Part shown: positions 19,858-29,061 of the stretch, in pieces | Layout: every line of letters starts with the position of its first letter | Numbering within the stretch: position 1 is the first letter of the stretch | Notes under the pieces: model-generated | Seen by the model: only the letters and a program-made list of their open reading frames with translations | Told to the model about the DNA's origin: nothing | The model's database searches: none | Assembly (NCBI GenBank): GCA_963735035.1 | Contig: CAVTJJ010000003.1 | Coordinates: 608,001 to 672,000 of the forward strand | Direction of reading: 5' to 3' | Source: an uncultured candidate division Zixibacteria bacterium | GTDB taxonomy: Bacteria; Zixibacteria; MSB-5A5; GN15; FEB-12 | Length of the DNA: 64,000 nucleotides | Program-made: the position numbers and the translations under genes

Positions 19858-20103
19858 CTATCGCTCGGGTTCGTCGTCGAAGTCTAAGTCGTCCTCCGGC
19901 TCGTCCTCCGCAAAATCGTCCCATTGTTCTTCTTCGACATCGTCAACATCACGGTCTCGTCCTGTTCCGCCGGACTTGCGACCGCCCTTGGGGGTCATCT
20001 CAAACACCGCATCGCAATCCAGACAGTAGACAATTTGCAGATCATGTCCGGAAGCGTCTTCGGCCTCAAGATTCTTACTCCCACAATGCGGGCACTTTTT
20101 CAT
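19858..20103 (-). CDS. Small zinc-ribbon protein with acidic tail
   Basis: CPHC..CLDC, D/E-rich C-terminus, GAGGAG RBS. Confidence 0.7.
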   Translation of the reverse strand: MKKCPHCGSKNLEAEDASGHDLQIVYCLDCDAVFEMTPKGGRKSGGTGRDRDVDDVEEEQWDDFAEDEPEDDLDFDDEPER

Positions 20104-20129
20104 CGTAAATCTCCTCTAATGGGATGCGA

Positions 20130-21581
20130 TCAGGGCGATGACACCTGATCGTCCGGTTTTGTATTATTGTGTTTCTGTTTCTCAGTTACATCGGCCTCTG
20201 AAGGCGTTGACTGACGCCCCAGGGGCAACAATTTTAGTACTTCATAGCCCATTAACTGAACCATCAACGGAATTCGTCGCTCCGAAGGTTCCGTGAGAAT
20301 CAGCATTAGCCCGGCCGAAGCTATCCTTAAGACGGCCGAAATTACAAATATAATGTGATAGTTTACAAATGTTTGTTTTCCTACTTTCCAGGCAAAGCTA
20401 GATACACTTTCCGCCAGCATTCCGCCCAAAATTGAGGCCGTAAAGAACGCCAGCCCGGTAACCGCGGCAAACCATGCCAGATAATAGGTTCGGTCGTCCT
20501 GGGGGCTCTTGTCAATCGGCAAAGTGAAGGCGGCCAGGTTGAATCCGGCCCACAACCAACCGGAATAAACGCATTCGATTGCCAGCGCCCAGAGCGAATC
20601 AGCTCGCGGCAGGAGCCAAATCAAGGGTATCATACCGATACCGGCGGCGCAAAAAGTGAGTACCGACCTCGACCCGAACCGGTCAATCCAGACCCCCCAG
20701 AGCCGGTTTGACGCCACCGCCACAATGGCCGACGCCGCCGAATATATGCCAATCAGAAAGAAACTCATTTTGAGGTTCAGCAGCATGTGGGGCGAGAAGA
20801 ACGGGGCCGAAAGGCCGATCGCGAAATACCAGGCGACAAACACCCGGAGGATGCGACGGAACTCCGGAGCTCGAAGCGGCCGCGCCCATCCCCCTGCCCG
20901 ATGAGCCTGCTCGGGCATGCTTACCACTTGCGAGACATTCGATACCCGGTTCAGGACTAACGAACCGATTAACGCCGCCACCGCTGCCGCACCAATGATC
21001 ATGGCGAACCCGAGCGGTTCGCGCCCCCCGGCACGAGTCCAGTCCAGCACCAGACTGCCCAAAATCGAGAACGCCAGCGTTGTCCCTGCAATCCAGGCGT
21101 TACGTACGCCAAAGAACCGCCCACGGATTTCTCTTGGCACAATATCCGAAACCCACGACAGCCAGACCGGGGTCACTATCTGGACACAGGTTGCCGAAAC
21201 CGTCACGAGCAAAAGGAATCCCGCCAGAGCCCAATTCGACTCGATGAACAAGAGAGGTATAGCCAGCCACCAGATTTGCCGGCCGACCGTAATCCCCCAG
21301 AGCGCCAATCTCTTACGGTGCCCGGCCAGACCGGGCAGGAGAATCGAAAGGGGCTGTGCCGCCTGAGCCAGAAACGGTAGCGCTACCAGGAGGCCGATCT
21401 CGAAATCATTCGCCCCCAACATAAGCGCCAGACCGGTAGCAAATGTACCGCTCGTGAGGACCACAAAAACGTTGGAAAGAGCGCCTTCCCGGACAATTCG
21501 GCTCAGGTCGCACCGAACCGATCTCGACTCCGGATCGGCACAATCGGAACTTGATCGCATCCCGCTGGTCAGAAGGCCCAT
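20130..21581 (-). CDS. MFS transporter
   Basis: About 12 hydrophobic segments; WLSWVSDIVPREIRGRFFG and WGVWIDRFGSR motifs. Confidence 0.85.
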   Translation of the reverse strand: MGLLTSGMRSSSDCADPESRSVRCDLSRIVREGALSNVFVVLTSGTFATGLALMLGANDFEIGLLVALPFLAQAAQPLSILLPGLAGHRKRLALWGITVGRQIWWLAIPLLFIESNWALAGFLLLVTVSATCVQIVTPVWLSWVSDIVPREIRGRFFGVRNAWIAGTTLAFSILGSLVLDWTRAGGREPLGFAMIIGAAAVAALIGSLVLNRVSNVSQVVSMPEQAHRAGGWARPLRAPEFRRILRVFVAWYFAIGLSAPFFSPHMLLNLKMSFFLIGIYSAASAIVAVASNRLWGVWIDRFGSRSVLTFCAAGIGMIPLIWLLPRADSLWALAIECVYSGWLWAGFNLAAFTLPIDKSPQDDRTYYLAWFAAVTGLAFFTASILGGMLAESVSSFAWKVGKQTFVNYHIIFVISAVLRIASAGLMLILTEPSERRIPLMVQLMGYEVLKLLPLGRQSTPSEADVTEKQKHNNTKPDDQVSSP

Positions 21582-21606
21582 AGTGGATCTTCCTTCTCAA
21601 TCCCGC

Positions 21607-22956
21607 CTAGACGGTCGCGCCTCCCGAAGTGTGCGAATGGTCAACCGTCTCGTCTATCAATGCTACTTTCGGTAGCGGCTTTATGAAATTCTGGCGAAGA
21701 CTATAAGTGTATGCGCCCTGGTCGGGGATCAAAAGAACATCACCCGGAAGGATATCGTCGCCAAAATACGAGTATCCCCAGATATCATGGGGTGTACAGA
21801 GCGACCCGGCCACGAGACACTCCCGCTCTTCTATCGATGGCCGTGTCAGATTGATGACCGGGAAATAGTCGGATTCGTACCGCTCCCAGCCTACCGCGTT
21901 TATGCCCCCATCGGTGATCACCAGATCGGCCGCCTTGCGGTCGATTACTTTCACGAGAATATGCATCGACTCATGACACAACCATCGTCCCGGTTCGCAG
22001 TACAGTTTGAAACGGACATCCGATGGTATCTGCTCGGCCAGCGCCCGATCTATCTGCTCGACAAAAGTTGTCAACGGGACAGCCGTTTGACAGAAATGAT
22101 CCAGTGGTCCCCCGGAAGGCTCTGATAGCGCGGCATGCAATTGCCCCTCGGGCGTTGCCGCAGGCTGCATCCATTCTCCGGCGGGTGGCCAAAAGCCGCC
22201 GCCAATGTCAAGGAATTCAAGCGCCGTGCGATGCGACGACGCCAGGGTGCGAAGCGCTGCTCCCAGTCGAGTGATGAACTTCACCTGATTATCAGGATTG
22301 AGATTCCAGCTTATGTGAAAATGAAACCCTACCAATTTGACATGATTGCACTGCTCGGCCTGCTGAAAGAAATCGGGCAGCGATTCGAGCGGCGTGCCGA
22401 ACTTTCTCCAGATGCCCGACTCCGCCGTAGTCAGCCGCACCCCGCATTTCATTGGCTGATTCTTCCGCGTAGCAATCTGCTCTACCCGGTTCAACTCTGA
22501 CAGGCTGTCAAGCATCAGGATCACCCGTCCGGCGTTCTTCACCGCCAGATCGAGTTCATCGTCGGTCTTGCCGGGTCCGCTGAAGATTATTTCCTTCGCA
22601 CCAGCCTCAAGGGCCTGGTTCAGTTCGAGTCCGCTCGAGGCGTCCAATCCATACCCCTCGCCTACCAACGTGCGGGCGATCTCGGGATAGTTATTGCTCT
22701 TGATAGCATAGCAGGGCTGGACGTTCGGAAGACGACACTTGAATGCGGCCATGAATTCCCGCGCTCGTGAAATCAGCGCGGCCTGATCGAAAGCATAGAG
22801 CGGCGCACCGTGCACCCCTACCAGATTTAGAAAGGTGTGGCGACGTTCGAGGAACCGCTGGACGTAGGCCTGGAGCTGCTCACGCTCCAGCCGTGGAGTC
22901 GGCCGGTTCAGCAGTTCGGCCATGCGACGGGCGGAGCTCTCTGAGCTTCTGGTCAT
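21607..22956 (-). CDS. PLP-dependent fold-III decarboxylase (diaminopimelate/ornithine/arginine decarboxylase family)
   Basis: YAIKSN (PLP lysine), DIGGGF, EPGR, GSLCTPHD, GAYT. Start may be 22923. Confidence 0.85.
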   Translation of the reverse strand: MTRSSESSARRMAELLNRPTPRLEREQLQAYVQRFLERRHTFLNLVGVHGAPLYAFDQAALISRAREFMAAFKCRLPNVQPCYAIKSNNYPEIARTLVGEGYGLDASSGLELNQALEAGAKEIIFSGPGKTDDELDLAVKNAGRVILMLDSLSELNRVEQIATRKNQPMKCGVRLTTAESGIWRKFGTPLESLPDFFQQAEQCNHVKLVGFHFHISWNLNPDNQVKFITRLGAALRTLASSHRTALEFLDIGGGFWPPAGEWMQPAATPEGQLHAALSEPSGGPLDHFCQTAVPLTTFVEQIDRALAEQIPSDVRFKLYCEPGRWLCHESMHILVKVIDRKAADLVITDGGINAVGWERYESDYFPVINLTRPSIEERECLVAGSLCTPHDIWGYSYFGDDILPGDVLLIPDQGAYTYSLRQNFIKPLPKVALIDETVDHSHTSGGATV

Positions 22957-24220
22957 GACAGTTCTCGATTTCGACGACTAGGCGCGAAGCCAGTATGACA
23001 GCTTCTTGCTCTATCGATTGATAAGTATACGATGTGGGTCGGAAAATGATATGCCCCAGCAACCAGGAATCGTAGTCCTCCGGCGGCAATTTGACAATAT
23101 GTCCGGGGACCCGCTTCAAATAGCACTCAAGCACTTCCGGACAAGCCAGAACGGCGGCTGTATCCTGCCGTACAATTTTGCCCTCTATCTGAGCGAAGAC
23201 TCTCGCCCCGACCAGGGGCGTCCATTGTGAAGTCGGCAGAATCATGATAGGCTTGTCTTCGGAGAAATCCAGCGCCAGCCCCAGCATATCGAGCCCACAG
23301 CTTCTCTTGATTAGCGGCGGCAGGCAGTCACCGCCCGGCCGTGGAGTTATTTCAAGAAAGCAGGGACGACTATCGCGAACGATAAAATCAACCATACAAA
23401 CAGCCCGCTCGATTCCGAGCGCGGTGGCCGCCGCCCGCAATTTGTCGGTGAGCGATATTTCGTCCAGACCATAAGGCAATTGTGCGGGCAACAAATATGC
23501 AAAAGTAGTCCCGAAAGTCAGGCGACTCGACAGCACCTTGCCGGCGATACGAATGATCCTCACCTGGCCGGCGTCGATTATGAAATCACAACTGAACTCC
23601 GGCCCCTCCACCCACTCCTCGGCTACAACCGCTGATACCGATGCCGCGAACATGCGCGAGCCGGTCCGTTTACTCAAACCGTCTACCACTTTGCGAAAGG
23701 CCCGCCGACACTCATCGCGATCGTTACACCGAAATGTCAGTTCGCTGCCGCTCCCGGTGAGGGGCTTGAGTACCAGAGGACCGCCTATTTTATCGGCGAA
23801 AGCGAGCAGCTCTTTCTCATCGGCAACCAGAGCCGACCGGGGGCATTCAATCCCCTGTTTCTGCCACGCCTCTTTGGTTCTGGCCTTATCCCGCACCAGC
23901 CGTATTGTCTCAGGCCTGGAATACGCGAGCCCGAATCTTTGCGCCAGAATCGCTGCGAGTTCCATCGATTCGCAATCGAACGAGGTAATTCCCGATAGGC
24001 GGAGATTCCATTTCTTCAGATGCGCTTCAACTGCCGCAAAAGCGGTCTCGGGCTCTATCAAACTGCAGAGGATTTCGGATTCTTGGGCGGGCGTAGTTTC
24101 GCGGGCGCGTTCACGCTCGGCCGGGTCGGTCAAGAAAATGGCCCGCCGGGGATACCGACGGTCAATGAGATCAATGTAGTCGGCGGTGGTGCCGACTACG
24201 AGCACTCGCTCCTCAGGCAT
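22880..24220 (-). CDS. ATP-grasp domain ligase
   Basis: RDKARTK, PLVLKPLTGSGS, EEWVEGPEFS, FLEITPRPGG. ATG 24220 overlaps the GNAT stop. Confidence 0.85.
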   Translation of the reverse strand: MPEERVLVVGTTADYIDLIDRRYPRRAIFLTDPAERERARETTPAQESEILCSLIEPETAFAAVEAHLKKWNLRLSGITSFDCESMELAAILAQRFGLAYSRPETIRLVRDKARTKEAWQKQGIECPRSALVADEKELLAFADKIGGPLVLKPLTGSGSELTFRCNDRDECRRAFRKVVDGLSKRTGSRMFAASVSAVVAEEWVEGPEFSCDFIIDAGQVRIIRIAGKVLSSRLTFGTTFAYLLPAQLPYGLDEISLTDKLRAAATALGIERAVCMVDFIVRDSRPCFLEITPRPGGDCLPPLIKRSCGLDMLGLALDFSEDKPIMILPTSQWTPLVGARVFAQIEGKIVRQDTAAVLACPEVLECYLKRVPGHIVKLPPEDYDSWLLGHIIFRPTSYTYQSIEQEAVILASRLVVEIENCHDQKLRELRPSHGRTAEPADSTAGA

Positions 24221-25211
24221 TAGCCGCTCCACCGGCGTCCAGTCCACGCGGCGACCAGACGGCCCGGGGATGAATCAACCCGGTCTCCGGTCGGACTGCC
24301 GGACGGCTTTCATGCAAGAGGTATAAAGGAACCGGAGTGAGATGGAACATCTCTTTCCAGTTGAAATTACCGCACAGGAAATCAACCCGGTCCAGTTTCT
24401 GTTCGCAGGCCCAGGTCATGTGATGAACATTGATCAGTTTGGCAATGCCTACATGGCGACCGTCGGTTCCGCCCGCCAACATGGTAAGCGTGCCGTTGTA
24501 GATACTCCCCAGATCGACCGCGGCTGGTTCGCCGTCGACCAGAATCGTCACCACCCGCAACCAGCCGCGTTCCTTCAGGAAATCGCGCAGGCTGCGGAAA
24601 CTGTTCAAGAAACGGGAGTCGTGGAAATACGATGACTGCCCATACCGACCGAGATTCAGATCGATCATGGTCTCGAAATCATCCGGATCGTCGAACCGCC
24701 AGGTCACCCCGCGTTCCTCCCAGGCTGCCAATTCCCGTTTCAGCTTCTTGGCGGTCTTGTGGGAGAATTCCTCGTAGTAACGTTCCATGTCATAGCCGTA
24801 CCTGGGCGGACAGAACAGATAGCCGATTTCGTCGACCTGACTGTACACCTCACCGGCCCGACTGTACGGACGAAGATACCGCAGATGATACGGCCCCGGC
24901 ACCGCCGCCAGCATCTCCGAAAGCAGGCGCGGATTGTCGATCACGATTCGATTCTGTTCCAACCAGGTCTTGCCGGACCAGGTCTCGCCGGGAAAGAAAT
25001 TGAACTGACCGGAATCGCCGTTGAGGCTGAGAGGCAAAAGCCCGCGCACCTGACCCTGCTCTTCGACCACGACGAAGCAGGGAGCATGACGGTAGTACCC
25101 GTCGAAACAGGCCCGCACCTCCCAGAGATCCGAAATGAACTCGCGCGGGATGAAGGCATCCCAGAGGCGATGACATTCTTCCGGATCTATGACTACACGA
25201 ATACGGTACAC
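24213..25211 (-). CDS. GNAT-family (CelD/BcsL/FemAB-like) acyltransferase
   Basis: LRVVTILVDGEPAA..LAGG..GIAKLI..RVDFLCG..WKE, typical of the double-GNAT fold. Confidence 0.75.
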   Translation of the reverse strand: MYRIRVVIDPEECHRLWDAFIPREFISDLWEVRACFDGYYRHAPCFVVVEEQGQVRGLLPLSLNGDSGQFNFFPGETWSGKTWLEQNRIVIDNPRLLSEMLAAVPGPYHLRYLRPYSRAGEVYSQVDEIGYLFCPPRYGYDMERYYEEFSHKTAKKLKRELAAWEERGVTWRFDDPDDFETMIDLNLGRYGQSSYFHDSRFLNSFRSLRDFLKERGWLRVVTILVDGEPAAVDLGSIYNGTLTMLAGGTDGRHVGIAKLINVHHMTWACEQKLDRVDFLCGNFNWKEMFHLTPVPLYLLHESRPAVRPETGLIHPRAVWSPRGLDAGGAANA

Positions 25212-25213
25212 GG

Positions 25214-25663
25214 CTACTTCCTCAGATTCACCTGCACGATACAGCGCGACCCGCCGAAATACTCCATGGCAAACTTCTCGACCACAGCCGGGTCGTACGG
25301 TTTGCAGCTGAAGACGTCGAGATACGTCGCGTTGCTGGCATTGGCGAAATGGGCCGAGATCAACGAAGTTTCGATCAACTGAACCATCGAAAATCCGGCG
25401 ACCCTTTCATCCTCGCCGAAATTAACCACCTTGCACTCACCGAAGCGCTTCATGGCGATCAGATCGCAGAGCTCGACTACGAACTGACGGATCTTGTCAG
25501 CGTCCCTGATCGTATCCGGATCGCAGTCGTAGATATCAAAACTGCAAGCCAAACCCCAGGCGCCGCTGATGTCGCCGGCTTCGTACTGACTGAGTTCGTC
25601 AAAGGCCACGAGACGAGAGACCGCATCGCTCGCGGCCTGTCCGGGGTGGAATTTCGTCTTCAC
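25214..25663 (-). CDS. Pyruvoyl-dependent S-adenosylmethionine decarboxylase-family proenzyme
   Basis: GFSMVQLIETSLISAHF self-cleavage region and YLDVFSCKPYD. GTG start at 25663. Confidence 0.85.
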   Translation of the reverse strand: MKTKFHPGQAASDAVSRLVAFDELSQYEAGDISGAWGLACSFDIYDCDPDTIRDADKIRQFVVELCDLIAMKRFGECKVVNFGEDERVAGFSMVQLIETSLISAHFANASNATYLDVFSCKPYDPAVVEKFAMEYFGGSRCIVQVNLRK

Positions 25664-26281
25664 TTGTTTCCGTCCTTTTAGCAAGTGTTGTTTCCGTCGT
25701 CGCCGAATGCGCGGCCACCAGCCGGCCTTCGCCATTCAGCGGTTGTTATTATCTCCCAGGCTGACTCCCAACCCGGGTCATTTCACTATCCACTCTCATG
25801 CCCTTATCGGCTATCGCCGTGTCCAGGACATCACTATCAAGAGCAGATACTCCATATCTGCTTAATTGTTCGAAAGTTATTTCCCGACCGGACAGGTTAC
25901 CTCGCCGCTGTAGACGTTTCCACAACTGCGAAACTCCCCTGACTGTTCGGAAATTACCACCGTTGGAAAACTCGACGGAGACTGAGAGACCGATAGACCT
26001 TCCGTCCGAGAGACAGAAACCCGTAGACGCCGCTGTCGTAGACGACGGGGCGATGGTCGGGAACCAGAGTCCATTCATGCCCGACCTCATATGGCCGGCT
26101 CTGTGAAAGTCGTCAGCCGTCACTGTCCTCGCGCCGGAAGGAGCGAAACCGTCCGGGTCGACAGAGAATACCCGCCGCCCGACCGAGTCCGCGTCCGCCT
26201 TTCTTCTTGTTCCACAAGTTTGGCAACAAACGCGACCAGGTTCTTTGAGATTGTTGATCCATTCTCGATATCACCTTGCCG

Positions 26282-26950
26282 CTAATTCACTTTATCCGCC
26301 GGTATAGCTTCCCGAATGAAACGGGTCAGCCCGGCCACAAATGCCTGTTTCAACGACGCAAACGAACGATCCACATCGTCACCGTCGGTGGTCACCACCG
26401 CAAACGAGTAGTAACCGGAAATGAACCCGACAATGGCGCAGGCCAGTCGACGAATTGTCGCCGGAGGTATCGGCGCTTCAATGGTCGAGTCGACCAGTTC
26501 TTCCACCGTTCTGATATATGCCAGGAAGGGTGTCTCGATCCCTTCGTATCCCTGCTCCAGGGTCAGATCAGCACGTCCCTGGAAATACAGCACAAAATCC
26601 TTCCAACGCTGGCCGAAAAACTCGACATGAGCACCGATCATCGCATCCAGCATTTCCGGAAGCTCGGTGTGTCCCTGGCATTTCGCCACCAACTCGGAAG
26701 TCAACTCGTCGATGATCGATTTCATCAACTCGTTCACCAACTGGGACTTCGTCCCAAAATGGTAATAGAACGTCCCCCGCCCGAGATCCGCCCGGCGGGT
26801 GATGTCATCGATTGTTGTCAGATCCAGCCCTTTTTCCGAAAACACCGAGCGTGCGGCGTCAAGTAGACGCGCCCGAGTCTTGCTGAAGCGACGGTCTTGT
26901 CGCGACTCGCGCCGTTCGGCGCCGGAGGGTTTATCCGACGTATTCGTCAC
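26282..26950 (-). CDS. TetR/AcrR-family transcriptional regulator (start uncertain, 26950-26971)
   Basis: RLLDAARSVFSEKGLDLTTIDDITRRADLGRGTFYYHFGTK helix-turn-helix. Confidence 0.9.
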   Translation of the reverse strand: MTNTSDKPSGAERRESRQDRRFSKTRARLLDAARSVFSEKGLDLTTIDDITRRADLGRGTFYYHFGTKSQLVNELMKSIIDELTSELVAKCQGHTELPEMLDAMIGAHVEFFGQRWKDFVLYFQGRADLTLEQGYEGIETPFLAYIRTVEELVDSTIEAPIPPATIRRLACAIVGFISGYYSFAVVTTDGDDVDRSFASLKQAFVAGLTRFIREAIPADKVN

Positions 26951-26963
26951 AGTTATATTCGAC

Positions 26964-27010
26964 ACTATCATCGTTTTGGACACTATCGTCAAAATTGACG
27001 AACCTGTCAA
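26964..27010 (-). promoter_or_regulatory. Tandem sigma70-like promoters with a palindromic operator candidate
   Basis: TTGACA-N17-GATAGT and TTGACG-N17-GATAGT; inverted repeat CGTCAA-AA-TTGACG at 26987-27000. Confidence 0.5.
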
Positions 27011-27608
27011 GAGGTCCGAACAAAAAAAATTCCCGCGCGGTTCCGCCCATATCAATACTGGCTATTGTGAGTCTATGTTACTTGATTGCAGTAATTCGAG
27101 CGCTTACTCTCCAACTGGTGGTACCGCAATTAGTTGCCAATAGTTCAATGTCACCGCTGGCTCCTGCCAATTTCGCAACACTTCAAGAATTCTTCATGGG
27201 TATCAAGCTCATTTCTCGACCAGTTTTTCGATAGTGGACTCGAAAGTCACCACATTTTTCATGAGTCGCCCCCGACCATAACTCGTAACAGACGCAGGGT
27301 CAGCCACTTACCACGCGCCAATTCTATAACTATCAGACTGTGAGGCCGCAGTGTGGTCCTGCTCACAGAACAACCCCTGTTAGTATATGCCCTTACAGTG
27401 GAGGTGTCGGCGTAACTAAGACACACTTTCACGCGAGTCAGTAACTTCTCCCCCCGCACACATTCCTGGTTACCACGGTTCACACGGACAAAACCGCTTC
27501 TTTCGTCACACACTAAACTGTATTGTGTGATGAGCAAACGCGAGGAAGCCTGACCGGGAAATGGCAATTGAGGGCAGGCTGGGCATCTTAATGACGGAGG
27601 AAATTGGT

Positions 27609-28070
27609 ATGGGAATGGTCAAAGAATTCCGTGAGTTTGCCGTCAAAGGTAACGTCGTTGACATGGCGGTCGGTATCATTATCGGCGCGGCCTTCGGTAC
27701 CATCGTCAAGTCACTGGTGGACGATGTCATCATGCCGCCCATCGGTCTCCTTCTCGGCAACGTCGATTTCTCCAATCTGTTCATAGTCATGCGGGAAGGT
27801 TTGAGAGCTGCTCCGTACGCATCCATCGCCGACGCCCGCGCCGCCGGTGCGGTCACGCTCAACTACGGCATGTTCATCAACACCCTTATCAGCTTCGTGA
27901 TCGTAGCGTTTTCCGTGTTCCTTCTCGTCAAGAACATCAATCGACTCAAACGCGAAGAGAAAGTCGCTCCGGCGGCTGTGACCACACGCGAGTGTCCGCA
28001 CTGTTGCTCGACCATAAGCATCAAGGCAGTGCGCTGCCCGCATTGCACTTCGACGCTACAGGGCGTCTGA
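27609..28070 (+). CDS. mscL: Large-conductance mechanosensitive channel with C-terminal Cys-rich tail
   Basis: [54 protein letters not shown] tail. Confidence 0.95.
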   Translation: MGMVKEFREFAVKGNVVDMAVGIIIGAAFGTIVKSLVDDVIMPPIGLLLGNVDFSNLFIVMREGLRAAPYASIADARAAGAVTLNYGMFINTLISFVIVAFSVFLLVKNINRLKREEKVAPAAVTTRECPHCCSTISIKAVRCPHCTSTLQGV

Positions 28071-28118
28071 CAGCAGATCAGCAGCACCATTTGAACGGTA
28101 GCCGTAGGACTGTATGTT

Positions 28119-28303
28119 GTGTCAGGTCCTGCGCCCCCGATTGGATGTTATGTCAGAGCCTGCCCTCGACCCGATCGGGGGTCTTGTCCCCGGCCCGTCG
28201 AAGACGGGCGGTGATGTGACCTGACACTGAGCAACACATGTAAATTGTCGTGTCAGGTCACATCACCACCCCACCTCCGGTGGACTGGCGACAGGACCTG
28301 ACA
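28119..28303. repeat. Cluster of TGTCAGGTC..GACCTGACA REP-like elements
   Basis: Two to three inverted or partial copies; the same family occurs at 12822 and 35541-35702. Confidence 0.75.
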
Positions 28304-28628
28304 CAACCTTTCGCCACCCAACCAACTACGCCGCAATATCTTACGCAGTCATACCCATGGGTTCTGCGGACCTGCTCTCAAAAATTGATCAGAGCCTTTC
28401 CGGCTTCCGATTATTGCACTGGACTTTCTCGATTGGACCGGATATTTTTGTCCGTTGAAATTGGTTTCCGTGAGACCTTTGGTTGAGAGTTTGTCATTCC
28501 CAGCAAATATCTGAAAGAAAGCGTTGAGGCGGAAGCTGTGCGCAATTATGCGCTGTAATGCGTTTGTCGTTGTCGAGTGATTTTCTCGCAGAGACCTGGG
28601 CAACTGACAAACAAGACCGGAGTGTGTG

Positions 28629-28970
28629 ATGAATATTTACGTGGGAAACCTGTCGTTCACTACGACAGAACAGCAGTTGCGTCAGGCGTTCGAGGCTTTC
28701 GGTGAAATCAAAAGCGTGAGCATTATCACGGACAAGTTCACCGGTGAAGCTCGTGGCTTTGCCTTTGTCGAGATGCCTGACAAGGACGCTGCGATGGCAG
28801 CGATCAGCGGCCTCAACGGCCAGGATCTGAACGGTCGCAAACTGAACATCAACGAGGCCCGTCCGAAGACCGACCGCCCTGATCGTGGTGGCGGCGGTGG
28901 TGGTCGCGGCGGCGGCGGCGGCCGTGGTGGCGATCGTGGCGGCTACGGCGGCGGCCGAGGAAGGGACTAA
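28629..28970 (+). CDS. RRM-domain RNA-binding protein with Gly/Arg-rich tail
   Basis: RNP2 IYVGNL, RNP1 RGFAFVEM, RGG tail. Confidence 0.95.
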   Translation: MNIYVGNLSFTTTEQQLRQAFEAFGEIKSVSIITDKFTGEARGFAFVEMPDKDAAMAAISGLNGQDLNGRKLNINEARPKTDRPDRGGGGGGRGGGGGRGGDRGGYGGGRGRD

Positions 28971-29010
28971 CACACGCCCGGACAAGAAAAGAAAAAGAAT
29001 ATGACATGTC

Positions 29011-29041
29011 AGAGACCGGCTTCGGCCGGTCTCTTTGTTTT
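29011..29041 (+). terminator. Intrinsic terminator
   Basis: AGAGACCGGC-TTCG-GCCGGTCTCT followed by TTGTTT. Confidence 0.8.
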
Positions 29042-29061
29042 GGTGAATACTGAATGGCGGG

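Noticed and set aside
26119..26150. GTCACTG..CCGGAAGG resembling a cobalamin riboswitch or SRP RNA fragment
   Set aside because: The other conserved elements are missing and it is on the wrong strand for the downstream operon.
25954..26262. 49-codon ORF extendable through an in-frame TGA (selenoprotein?)
   Set aside because: No redox motif around the TGA, no clear SECIS element, and the product is not protein-like.
27056..27600. Short ORFs between tetR and mscL
   Set aside because: No recognisable motifs or RBS; probably divergent promoter DNA.
28494..28985. 163-aa Ala/Thr-rich minus-strand ORF
   Set aside because: It is the antisense shadow of the Gly-rich RRM gene.
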